Shown here: in pieces, positions 1 to 7,571 of the stretch
How the letters are laid out: each line of letters begins with the position of its first letter
Position numbering within the stretch: position 1 is the stretch's first letter
Assembly (NCBI RefSeq): GCF_021054785.1
Contig: NZ_CP088239.1
Coordinates: 420,001-452,000, forward strand
From: Tannockella kyphosi
GTDB taxonomy: Bacteria > Bacillota_I > Bacilli_A > Erysipelotrichales > Coprobacillaceae
DNA length: 32,000 nt
Reading direction: 5' to 3'
Translations under genes and position numbers: made by a program
The notes under the pieces: generated by a model
What the model was told of the DNA's origin: nothing
What the model saw: the letters and a program-made list of their open reading frames with translations, nothing else
Databases searched by the model: none

Positions 1-467
1 TTTTATATGCTAGTAAGGAAGTATTTCAAAACGCTAATTATATTTTAATAGAACATTTAGAAAATAAAAAAGAAACAATTTCTTTTATGGAGAAGTTTGT
101 TGCGTCTTTAGGATTTAAAAGTGTTAAAATTATGTCTCCAGAAGCACATGATGAGATTATCTCTTTTACTTCTCAATTGCCTCATGCGATTGCTGTTGCA
201 TTAATTAATAGTGATCATCAAAAATATGATACAGTAAAATATATTGGAGATTCTTATCGTGATTTAACAAGAATTGCAAATATTAATGAAGATTTGTGGG
301 CTGAGTTATTTTTAAATAATAAAGAGTATTTATTACAGTCAATTGCTTTGTTTGAAAAGGAACTAGATGAAATAAAAGACTTCATTCATACTAAAGATGA
401 ACAAGGATTAAAAGAAAAATTCAGAGAATCTTCTCTTCGTCGTCAAAATTTAGAAAAAAAGTTTTAA
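1..467 (+). CDS. tyrA: Prephenate dehydrogenase, C-terminal part (5' end lies outside the window)
   Basis: The frame is open from nt 3 with no upstream stop, so the ATG at 87 is internal. The block SPEAHDEIISFTSQLPHAIAVALINS matches the conserved xxHDxxxAxxSHLPHxxAxAL signature of the TyrA dimerisation domain. Stop TAA 465-467. Confidence 0.8.
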   Translation, partial: LYASKEVFQNANYILIEHLENKKETISFMEKFVASLGFKSVKIMSPEAHDEIISFTSQLPHAIAVALINSDHQKYDTVKYIGDSYRDLTRIANINEDLWAELFLNNKEYLLQSIALFEKELDEIKDFIHTKDEQGLKEKFRESSLRRQNLEKKF

Positions 468-472
468 AATAG

Positions 473-503
473 AAAAACTAACTTGAAAAGGGTTAGTTTT
501 TTT
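473..503 (+). terminator. Rho-independent terminator after tyrA
   Basis: Stem AAAAACTAAC (473-482) pairs with GTTAGTTTTT (492-501), 9-nt loop, runs into a T-tract. Confidence 0.7.
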
Positions 504-564
504 AAATGTCAATGTTGTAGCGGTTACATTCTTGAAAAAGCTTATAATATATACCTTTTTACAC

Positions 565-578
565 GTTAAATATTTAAC
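565..578. promoter_or_regulatory. Candidate Rex operator (perfect palindrome GTTAAATATTTAAC) upstream of rnfC
   Basis: 14-bp perfect inverted repeat. It matches the core of the clostridial-type Rex box TTGTTAA-N4-TTAACAA (GTTAA-N4-TTAAC identical, outer 2 nt on each side differ). It lies about 17 nt downstream of a TATAAT hexamer (543-548) and 137 nt upstream of the rnfC ATG. Confidence 0.45.
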
Positions 579-714
579 TTGAAGTTAGACAATTGCTTGT
601 TAAAAAATTAATTATGAATTCTTGAAAATATAGATAAAATCTATGTTTTTAGGTATTGAATTTGTGAAAATAGAGGAGTATAGTTTAATTATAAGAGGAT
701 TTGGGGAGGTATTT

Positions 715-2034
715 ATGAAGCATCTTAGTTTTGAGGGTGGAATCCATCCTGGTGATTTTAAAGATATCGCTAAAAACCATGAAATAAAGGAAGTTTTACC
801 TGGTGATATTGTTCTTATTCCATTATCACAACATATTGGAGCTCCCGCTATACCTTTAGTGGAAAAGGGGGATGAAGTATTAGTTGGTCAACTAATTGCA
901 GAAGCTGGAGGGTTTGTTTCGGCTAATGTGCATTCTAGTGTATCAGGTAAAGTGAAGGGGATAAAAAGTAGTTTTAGTACTACTGGCTTTCAAGTTCAAT
1001 GTATTGAAATTGAAAACAATCATCTATATGAACATGTTTCTTTTGATTCTAGGTTGTTGGAAAATGTAGAAAAGGAAGAAATATTAGAACGTATTAAAAA
1101 TGCTGGTGTTGTTGGTATGGGTGGAGCTGGTTTTCCTAGTCATGTTAAACTTGCGCCTAAAAACCCAGAAGCAATTGATTGTTTGATTGTGAATGCAGCA
1201 GAGTGTGAACCTTATATTACAGCTGATTATCGTTGTATGTTAGAAGCTAGTGATGAATTTTTGTTAGGGATAGAAGTTGTTTTAAAATTGTTTGATAAAG
1301 CAGTAGCTTATATAGGTATTGAAGATAATAAAATGGATTGTATTGCACTATTACAAGATAAGTGCAAGGATAAAGATAATATTAAGGTAATTCCTTTAGT
1401 AACTAAATATCCTCAAGGAGGAGAAAGACAATTAATTCATGCAATTACAGGTCGTAAGTTAAATAGTTCGATGTTACCTAATGATGTTGGATGTATTGTA
1501 AATAATGTAGAAAGTTTTATTGCTATAAAAAAAGCGGTTATCGATGGTATACCAGCTTATCAAAGAATATTGACTTTATCAGGTGATTGTTTACAATCTC
1601 CTGGTAATTATCTAATTTCGGTAGGGATGACACATCAAGAGTTAATTGATCAAACGGGAGGATTTGTTCTAACACCTAGTAAAATCATTAGTGGTGGACC
1701 AATGATGGGATTTAGTATTTTCCATTTGGATACTCCTTTTACTAAAACATCTTCTTCAATTGTTTGTTTACATGAAGATGTTGTATCCATGTGCGAAAGT
1801 AGTGTTTGTATTAATTGTGGACGTTGTGTTTCTGTTTGTCCAAGTAAATTAGTTCCATCTCGTCTTGCTAAGGCAGCTGAAAATGGGGATCAACAAGGAT
1901 TTATGGATTATCATGGATTAGAATGTATTGAATGTGGTAGTTGTTCTTATGTTTGTCCGGCTAAAAAACATTTAAAACAATCTATTAGTAATGCAAAGAA
2001 ACAAATAATTGCTAAGAATAGGGGGAAAAAGTAA
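715..2034 (+). CDS. rnfC: Rnf electron transport complex subunit C (NADH-binding, 2x[4Fe-4S])
   Basis: Start moved from the ORF-track 643 to ATG 715, which follows a GGGGAGG RBS; the product then begins MKHLSFEGGIHP, typical of RnfC. GMGGAGFP nucleotide/FMN motif. Two ferredoxin motifs, CINCGRCVSVCP and CIECGSCSYVCP. First gene of the rnfCDGEAB order. Confidence 0.93.
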   Translation: MKHLSFEGGIHPGDFKDIAKNHEIKEVLPGDIVLIPLSQHIGAPAIPLVEKGDEVLVGQLIAEAGGFVSANVHSSVSGKVKGIKSSFSTTGFQVQCIEIENNHLYEHVSFDSRLLENVEKEEILERIKNAGVVGMGGAGFPSHVKLAPKNPEAIDCLIVNAAECEPYITADYRCMLEASDEFLLGIEVVLKLFDKAVAYIGIEDNKMDCIALLQDKCKDKDNIKVIPLVTKYPQGGERQLIHAITGRKLNSSMLPNDVGCIVNNVESFIAIKKAVIDGIPAYQRILTLSGDCLQSPGNYLISVGMTHQELIDQTGGFVLTPSKIISGGPMMGFSIFHLDTPFTKTSSSIVCLHEDVVSMCESSVCINCGRCVSVCPSKLVPSRLAKAAENGDQQGFMDYHGLECIECGSCSYVCPAKKHLKQSISNAKKQIIAKNRGKK

Positions 2035-2978
2035 TGGAACATCAATATCATATTTCATCTTCTCCACATATTCGTGATACGTTAACTACAAATAAAATTA
2101 TGCAGTATGTTATCTTAGCCTTATTACCTACCACATTATTTGGGGTTGTTTACTTTGGGTTAGATGCCGTGATTTTATTAGTACTAACTATTGGAAGTAC
2201 TGTATTTTTTGAATATTTTTATGAAAAAATATTACATCTACCAATAACTATTAAAGATGGTAGTGCATTTTTAACAGGATTATTATTAGCGATTAACTTA
2301 CCTGTAAGTGCTCCTTGGTGGATAGGTATTTTAGGTGGTGCATTTGCAATTGTTGTTGTTAAAATGTTGTTTGGTGGTTTAGGACAAAATTTTATGAATC
2401 CAGCATTAGGTGCTAGATGCTTTTTGGTGATCTCGTTTACTAGTTATATGACAGATTTTAGTTATGATGCTTTTAGTGGTGCTACACCACTAGCAGAGTT
2501 GAAAACAGATGGGATATTGTCTTCTTTTGATTTGATGGATTTGTTTGTTGGGACAATACCTGGAACAATTGGTGAAACTTCAGTGATTGCAATTTTACTA
2601 GGAGCAGCTTTCTTAGTTTATAAAAAGGTTATCAGACTTACGATACCTGTAAGTATATTAGTTTCTTTTAGTGCTTTTATTTTATTGTTTGGTAGTTCTT
2701 CGCTTGATATTCATTATCTTTTATGTCAATTATGTTCAGGAGGAATTATGTTAGGTGCTTGGTTTATGGCTACTGATTATGTTACTTCTCCAATTAGTGA
2801 TCAAGGTAGAATCATCTTCGGGATTATTATAGGTTTGTTAATTGGTATTTTTAGGATTTTTGGAGCATCTAGTGAAGGTGTTTCTTATGCGATTATTTTT
2901 GCTAATTTATTAGTACCTCTTATTGATAAAATATCTATTCCTAAGCCTTTTGGAAAAGGAGGGCCTAAAAATGGATAA
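2034..2978 (+). CDS. rnfD: Rnf complex subunit D (membrane, FMN-carrying)
   Basis: Polytopic membrane protein of the NqrB/RnfD type. Flavinylation motif FSGATPLA is present. ATG overlaps the rnfC stop (TAATG). Confidence 0.93.
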   Translation: MEHQYHISSSPHIRDTLTTNKIMQYVILALLPTTLFGVVYFGLDAVILLVLTIGSTVFFEYFYEKILHLPITIKDGSAFLTGLLLAINLPVSAPWWIGILGGAFAIVVVKMLFGGLGQNFMNPALGARCFLVISFTSYMTDFSYDAFSGATPLAELKTDGILSSFDLMDLFVGTIPGTIGETSVIAILLGAAFLVYKKVIRLTIPVSILVSFSAFILLFGSSSLDIHYLLCQLCSGGIMLGAWFMATDYVTSPISDQGRIIFGIIIGLLIGIFRIFGASSEGVSYAIIFANLLVPLIDKISIPKPFGKGGPKNG

Positions 2979-3579
2979 GTCAATGATTAAAAATACAGTT
3001 ATTTTAACATGTATTACATTAATAGCAGGTTTAGCCTTAGGGATTACTTATGAAGTAACAAAAGAACCTATTGCTAAAGCAAATGAAGAAGCAAAGCAAG
3101 AAGCTTATTTAGAGGTTTTTAGTAGTGCTAGTTATTTTGAAGAAATGGATATTGATTTAGAGGAAGTGAATAATATAATAGAGGTAACTTATAGTTCAAA
3201 GACTATGGATGAAATAATGTTGGCTTATGATCAAGATGATTTTGTAGGATATGTTTTTACGATTACTAGTCATGATGGATATGGTGGAGATATTACTTAT
3301 TCAGTCGGAATAACAAAGGAAGGCGTTGTAAATGCAATATCTATTTTATCGATAAGTGAAACGGCGGGACTAGGAATGAATGCTACTGAAGATGCATTTA
3401 AAGATCAGTTTAATGAAAAAGTTGTGGATAGTTTTGAGGTTGTGAAAACGACAGTTAGTGAAGATAATCAAATTCAGGCAATTAGTGGAGCAACAGTTAC
3501 TAGTGAAGCAGTGACTAGTGGTGTTAATGCTTGTTTGTTATGTTTTGAAGATATTTTAGGAGGATTTAACAATGAATAA
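2971..3579 (+). CDS. rnfG: Rnf complex subunit G (extracytoplasmic FMN-binding)
   Basis: Start moved to ATG 2971, preceded by AAAGGAGGG; the product begins MDKSMIKN followed by one TM helix. FMN_bind domain with the ISGATVTS flavinylation motif. The ORF-track start at 2923 lies inside rnfD and has no RBS. Confidence 0.9.
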   Translation: MDKSMIKNTVILTCITLIAGLALGITYEVTKEPIAKANEEAKQEAYLEVFSSASYFEEMDIDLEEVNNIIEVTYSSKTMDEIMLAYDQDDFVGYVFTITSHDGYGGDITYSVGITKEGVVNAISILSISETAGLGMNATEDAFKDQFNEKVVDSFEVVKTTVSEDNQIQAISGATVTSEAVTSGVNACLLCFEDILGGFNNE

Positions 3580-4234
3580 ATGTGTAGAACGTTTAAATAA
3601 TGGTCTAGTTAAAGAAAATCCTACGTTTGTATTAATGTTAGGGATGTGCCCAACATTAGCAGTTACAACAAGTGCTATCAATGGATTAGGGATGGGACTT
3701 ACTACGACTGTAGTTTTGGTTATGTCAAATCTAATGATTTCAATGTTACGTAAGATTATTCCTTCGAATCAAAGGGTACCAGCTTTTATAGTAGTGGTTG
3801 CTTCATTTGTAACAATGGTTGAATTTTTATTGGAAGGATTTGTCCCTTCGCTATATGATTCACTAGGTATTTATATACCGTTAATTGTAGTTAATTGTAT
3901 TATTCTAGGAAGAGCAGAGAGTTATGCTTCTAAAAACCCAGTTATTCCATCTATCTTTGATGGATTAGGAATGGGCTTAGGATTTACTTTAGGGTTAACA
4001 AGTATTGCAATGGTTCGAGAAATATTGGGAAATGGAACGATCTTTGGACAAACGATTATGCCTAGTTTTTATGAACCGATTACGATTTTTGTTTTAGCAC
4101 CAGGAGCATTCTTTGTGGTAGGGTGCTTAACAGCATTTCAAAATAAAATGAAAACAAAAAATAAACTAACCGATAAATTAGCATGTAACCAAGGATGTTT
4201 AACATGTGCTAATAAATGTGCTAGTCATAAATAG
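3572..4234 (+). CDS. rnfE: Rnf complex subunit E (membrane), with a Cys-rich C-terminal tail
   Basis: NqrD/RnfE-type membrane protein. Conserved intramembrane cysteines LGMCPTLAV and VVNCIILGR. AGGAGG RBS. Unusual tail CNQGCLTCANKC. Confidence 0.93.
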   Translation: MNKCVERLNNGLVKENPTFVLMLGMCPTLAVTTSAINGLGMGLTTTVVLVMSNLMISMLRKIIPSNQRVPAFIVVVASFVTMVEFLLEGFVPSLYDSLGIYIPLIVVNCIILGRAESYASKNPVIPSIFDGLGMGLGFTLGLTSIAMVREILGNGTIFGQTIMPSFYEPITIFVLAPGAFFVVGCLTAFQNKMKTKNKLTDKLACNQGCLTCANKCASHK

Positions 4235-4248
4235 GGGGAGGAAATAAT

Positions 4249-4824
4249 ATGGAAAATATATTAGCGGTGACAATTGGTGCTGCCCTCGTAAATAATGTAG
4301 TACTTAGTCAGTTTTTAGGGTTGTGTCCTTTTTTAGGGGTTTCTAAAAAAGTAGAAACGGCACTAGGAATGGGTGGAGCAGTTATTTTTGTATTAACATT
4401 GGCTTCTTTTGTAACTAGTGTGATTTATCAGTTTGTATTATCTCCACTAGGTTTTGAGTTTTTACAAACGATTGTATTTATTTTAGTGATTGCATGTTTA
4501 GTACAGTTTGTAGAAATGTTTTTAAAGAAATCAATGCCTAGTTTGCATTTATCATTGGGTGTTTATTTACCTTTAATTACTACAAACTGTGCAGTATTAG
4601 GTGTTGCTATTACGAATGTACAAAATGGTTATTCTATTATGCTTTCTGTTGTAAATGGATTCTTTACAGCAATAGGTTTTACGATTGCAATAGTGATTAT
4701 GGCAGGTATTCGTGAACGAATTGAATATAATACCTTCCTACCTTCTTGGAAAGGAACTCCGATTGTGCTAATTACCTCAGGGTTAATGGCAATAGCCTTT
4801 TATGGCTTTTCGGGATTAATTTAG
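4249..4824 (+). CDS. rnfA: Rnf complex subunit A (membrane)
   Basis: NqrE/RnfA-type membrane protein. Conserved cysteines LGLCPFLGV and TTNCAVLG. GGGGGAGG RBS. Confidence 0.93.
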   Translation: MENILAVTIGAALVNNVVLSQFLGLCPFLGVSKKVETALGMGGAVIFVLTLASFVTSVIYQFVLSPLGFEFLQTIVFILVIACLVQFVEMFLKKSMPSLHLSLGVYLPLITTNCAVLGVAITNVQNGYSIMLSVVNGFFTAIGFTIAIVIMAGIRERIEYNTFLPSWKGTPIVLITSGLMAIAFYGFSGLI

Positions 4825-5631
4825 GTGATGACAATGGATATAATGACAATAATAATGACTGCTATCATTGTAGCAGGAATAGGATTATTTATTGCTATCT
4901 TTTTAGAAGTTGCTGGAAAGAAGTTATATGTTGAGGTAGACGAAAGGGTGGAAGCAATTACCCAAGAATTGCCAGGTAATAATTGTGGTGGTTGTGGATA
5001 TCCAGGATGTGCTAATTTAGCGGGTGCAATTGTGGATGGTAATGCTAAAATTGATGGTTGTCCAGTTGGTGGAAGTAGCGTAGCGGCAATGATTGGTGCA
5101 ATTATGGGCCAAGATGCGACACAAAAAGAACCATTGGTTGCATTTGTTCATTGTGGTGGTACATGTGATAAGGCAAAACAAGACTATGTATATACGGGTC
5201 AAGCTAATTGTCAGATGGTAAAAACAATCGCAAATGGTGGACCTAAAACATGTAATTATGGATGCTTAGGTTTTGGAACATGTAAAGATGCTTGTTCTTT
5301 TGGTGCTATTGAAATTGTTAATGGCATAGCAGTAATTAATAAAGATTTATGTAAAGCATGTGGGCAGTGTGTTGGTGTTTGTCCACAAGGATTAATTTCA
5401 TTAGTAAAACAAAAAGAATCAACAAAGGTGGTTTGTAATTCAAAAGGAAAAGGAAAAGAAGTAATGGTTAGTTGTACAGTTGGTTGTATAGGCTGTGGAA
5501 TGTGTGCTAGGGTTTGCGAGCAAGGGGCCATTACGATGGTAGATAACTTACCAGTTATTGATGAAGATAAATGTACTCATTGTGGATTATGTATTGAAAA
5601 GTGTCCAAAAAAATGTTTAAAAGAAATATAG
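4825..5631 (+). CDS. rnfB: Rnf complex subunit B (polyferredoxin, ferredoxin-facing)
   Basis: N-terminal TM helix, then a CGGCGYPGC cluster motif. Several CxxCxxCxxxCP ferredoxin motifs follow (CKACGQCVGVCP, CIGCGMCARVCE, CTHCGLCIEKCP). GTG 4825 or ATG 4828 sits directly after the rnfA stop. Confidence 0.9.
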   Translation: MMTMDIMTIIMTAIIVAGIGLFIAIFLEVAGKKLYVEVDERVEAITQELPGNNCGGCGYPGCANLAGAIVDGNAKIDGCPVGGSSVAAMIGAIMGQDATQKEPLVAFVHCGGTCDKAKQDYVYTGQANCQMVKTIANGGPKTCNYGCLGFGTCKDACSFGAIEIVNGIAVINKDLCKACGQCVGVCPQGLISLVKQKESTKVVCNSKGKGKEVMVSCTVGCIGCGMCARVCEQGAITMVDNLPVIDEDKCTHCGLCIEKCPKKCLKEI

Positions 5632-5652
5632 CTAGTTAGTCACTAGCTATAT
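5626..5652. terminator. Bidirectional terminator hairpin shared by rnfB and apbE
   Basis: Perfect 11-bp inverted repeat ATATAGCTAGT / ACTAGCTATAT with a 5-nt loop. The stop codons of both convergent genes (TAG 5629-5631 on +, TAG as CTA 5643-5645 on -) lie inside the stem. Confidence 0.7.
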
Positions 5653-6617
5653 TTTAATAAATTTTCATTTGTTTGAGTAATTTGATAATCTTTATCAATA
5701 AAGATAGCCTCTACATTATCAAGACTTTCTATTAATGTTATTGCTTGGTTTAAACCAAGTGATAAACAAACGGTACTTAATACATCTGCTTGTAAAGAAT
5801 TATCACAGATAATAGTAACACTCAGTAAATCATTGTCGATAGGATAACCGGTATAAGGATCTAAAATATGATGATATATAGTGTCATTGCTTTCAAAATA
5901 TCTTTCATAAATACCAGAAGTAACAACAGATAAATCATTTATTTCTAAATAACCAATCATTTCATTTTCTTCAAAAGGAACTTGTATCGCAATATTAAAA
6001 TTATTTTTATCCGTATTTTGACCAATAGTAAGAATATTCCCACCTAAATTAATAATAGCACTCGTAACACCATTATCTTGTAGATAAATCTTTATTTGAT
6101 CACTAATATAGCCTTTTGCAAGAGCTCCTAATTCAATACTTGCTTGGCTATTTAATAAAGTGACATCATTTCCTTCTATTTGAATACAAGTGTAATCCAC
6201 TAGTGTGATAGCTTCCTCTATTTCTTCTTGACTAGGGACACTAGGATCTTCTCCTGTAAAGTCCCATAAATCACTTAATGGTTTCACTGTAATATCAAAC
6301 ATTCCATTAGTTAATTGACTATATTCAATAGCTGTTTGTAATAAATAAATAGTTTCATCACTAAGACTAACTGTATTACCATTAGCATTATTTAAGATAC
6401 TAACTTCACTAGTCTCAATACTTTGAGACCAAAGACTTTCATAATATGCACAGATATCAATAGCACCATCTAATAAGGATTCATCATCACTGTCATATAT
6501 TTGAATTGTGATAATTGTATCTAATAAAAAAGCACTCTTTGATATAGGGTCACTTTGAGAACAACCAGTTAGATGGATGGTTATCAAACAAAGTAAGATA
6601 ATATTTATTTTTCTCAT
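5643..6617 (-). CDS. apbE: FAD:protein FMN transferase (ApbE/Ftp family) lipoprotein
   Basis: Lipobox LTGCSQ after a signal peptide. ApbE-like blocks (FDITVKPL, LGALAKGY, GGN, HHILDPYTGYP). Adjacent to rnf, whose D and G subunits carry SGAT flavinylation motifs. Confidence 0.9.
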   Translation of the reverse strand: MRKINIILLCLITIHLTGCSQSDPISKSAFLLDTIITIQIYDSDDESLLDGAIDICAYYESLWSQSIETSEVSILNNANGNTVSLSDETIYLLQTAIEYSQLTNGMFDITVKPLSDLWDFTGEDPSVPSQEEIEEAITLVDYTCIQIEGNDVTLLNSQASIELGALAKGYISDQIKIYLQDNGVTSAIINLGGNILTIGQNTDKNNFNIAIQVPFEENEMIGYLEINDLSVVTSGIYERYFESNDTIYHHILDPYTGYPIDNDLLSVTIICDNSLQADVLSTVCLSLGLNQAITLIESLDNVEAIFIDKDYQITQTNENLLKYS

Positions 6618-6706
6618 GAAATCACTTCCTTTTTAATATTATATCATGTTTCAAAGAAGCTTGGGCAATATTATAAAAATGTGTTAAACTTAAAAAGAGG
6701 TATAAA

Positions 6707-7057
6707 ATGAAAAGAAATGATTGGATATTAATAATAGGAATAGTTTTACTAGCAAGTATCGTATCTTTATACTTAGTTGTTTTCACGTCGCCAGGAACTA
6801 GTGTTATTATTAGTGTACAAGGAGAATTCTTTGGGGAATATGATATTACAGAAAATCAAGAAATAGTAATTGATGACTGTAATGTGATTTGTATTGAGGA
6901 TGGAAAAGTATCCATGGTGAGTGCTGACTGTCCTGATCATTTATGCATTCAACAAGGTGAAATAGAATTGGTGGGAGAAAGTATTATTTGTTTACCAAAC
7001 CAGGTAATCGTTAGTATCGAAGGAAATGATACACAAATTGATGCAGTTGCAAAGTAG
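6707..7057 (+). CDS. NusG domain II-containing small membrane-anchored protein (formerly DUF1312)
   Basis: 116 aa. N-terminal TM anchor and a beta-rich body carrying CPDHLC ... ICLPN, as I recall for the NusG_II family that usually pairs with Gx transporters. Family call is from memory. Confidence 0.65.
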   Translation: MKRNDWILIIGIVLLASIVSLYLVVFTSPGTSVIISVQGEFFGEYDITENQEIVIDDCNVICIEDGKVSMVSADCPDHLCIQQGEIELVGESIICLPNQVIVSIEGNDTQIDAVAK

Positions 7058-7065
7058 GTGAGAAA

Positions 7066-7551
7066 ATGACAAAAAAAATAACTAGTGTTGCAATGTTTGC
7101 TTGTGTCGCATTACTTTGTAGCTATATAGAAATGATGATACCAAACCCTTTTGCAATGCAAGGGATAAAATTAGGATTGGCCAATAGCGTGGTGTTATTT
7201 AGTATTTATTACTTCTCTTTTCGAGAAGCATATATGATTAGTGTAGTAAGAGTGGTTTTAGTTAGTCTTCTTTTCGGTAGTTTCTTTGGTTTGGCGTTTA
7301 GTTTAGCGGGATGTACGATTAGTATGATAGCGATGTATTTGGCTTATCGTAGTAAGTTATTTAGTATCGTAGGAAATAGTATAATAGGTGCTGTTTTTCA
7401 TAATATTGGGCAATTGTTAGTAGCAATGATTTTATTAGAGAGTATTTCTGTCATTTATTATTTTGTTGGTTTGTTAATAAGTGGTGTTATTAGTGGATGC
7501 TTGATAGGATTGCTCTGCCAAAAGGTAGTAAAACAAATAAAAAGACAATGA
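7066..7551 (+). CDS. Gx transporter family protein (often mis-annotated as heptaprenyl diphosphate synthase component I), ECF-S-like membrane protein
   Basis: 161 aa, 5-6 TM helices. Begins 9 nt after the NusG_II gene. The GIKLGLAN / FHNIGQL blocks are typical of this family. Call is from memory. Confidence 0.65.
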   Translation: MTKKITSVAMFACVALLCSYIEMMIPNPFAMQGIKLGLANSVVLFSIYYFSFREAYMISVVRVVLVSLLFGSFFGLAFSLAGCTISMIAMYLAYRSKLFSIVGNSIIGAVFHNIGQLLVAMILLESISVIYYFVGLLISGVISGCLIGLLCQKVVKQIKRQ

Positions 7552-7571
7552 TTATTCAATCGTTGTCTTTT
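7540..7571. terminator. Bidirectional hairpin between the Gx-transporter gene and the MATE gene
   Basis: AAAAGACAA (7540-7548) pairs with TTGTCTTTT (7563-7571), 14-nt loop. It spans the abutting stop codons of the convergent genes. Confidence 0.5.

Noticed and set aside
655-672. Second Rex-like element TTTGTGAAAAT just upstream of rnfC.
   Set aside because: Only a half-site (TTGTGAA) is present, with no matching TTCACAA arm. It also lies inside the ORF-track false extension.
643-714. N-terminal extensions in the ORF track: rnfC from 643, rnfG from 2923, XRE regulator from 9085, LytTR from 13523, glmS to 17517, helicase from TTG 30356.
   Set aside because: Each has a downstream ATG with a strong Shine-Dalgarno at proper spacing, and the resulting N-terminus matches the family (for example MCGI for GlmS, MKHLSFEGGIHP for RnfC). 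The upstream starts lack an RBS or lie inside the preceding gene.
4746-5531. Small ORFs overlapping rnfA/rnfB (4746-4934 +, 5017-5202 -, 5256-5531 -).
   Set aside because: They sit wholly inside strongly supported Rnf genes, in another frame or antisense. They have no RBS and low-complexity or Cys/Thr-rich translations mirroring the ferredoxin codons.
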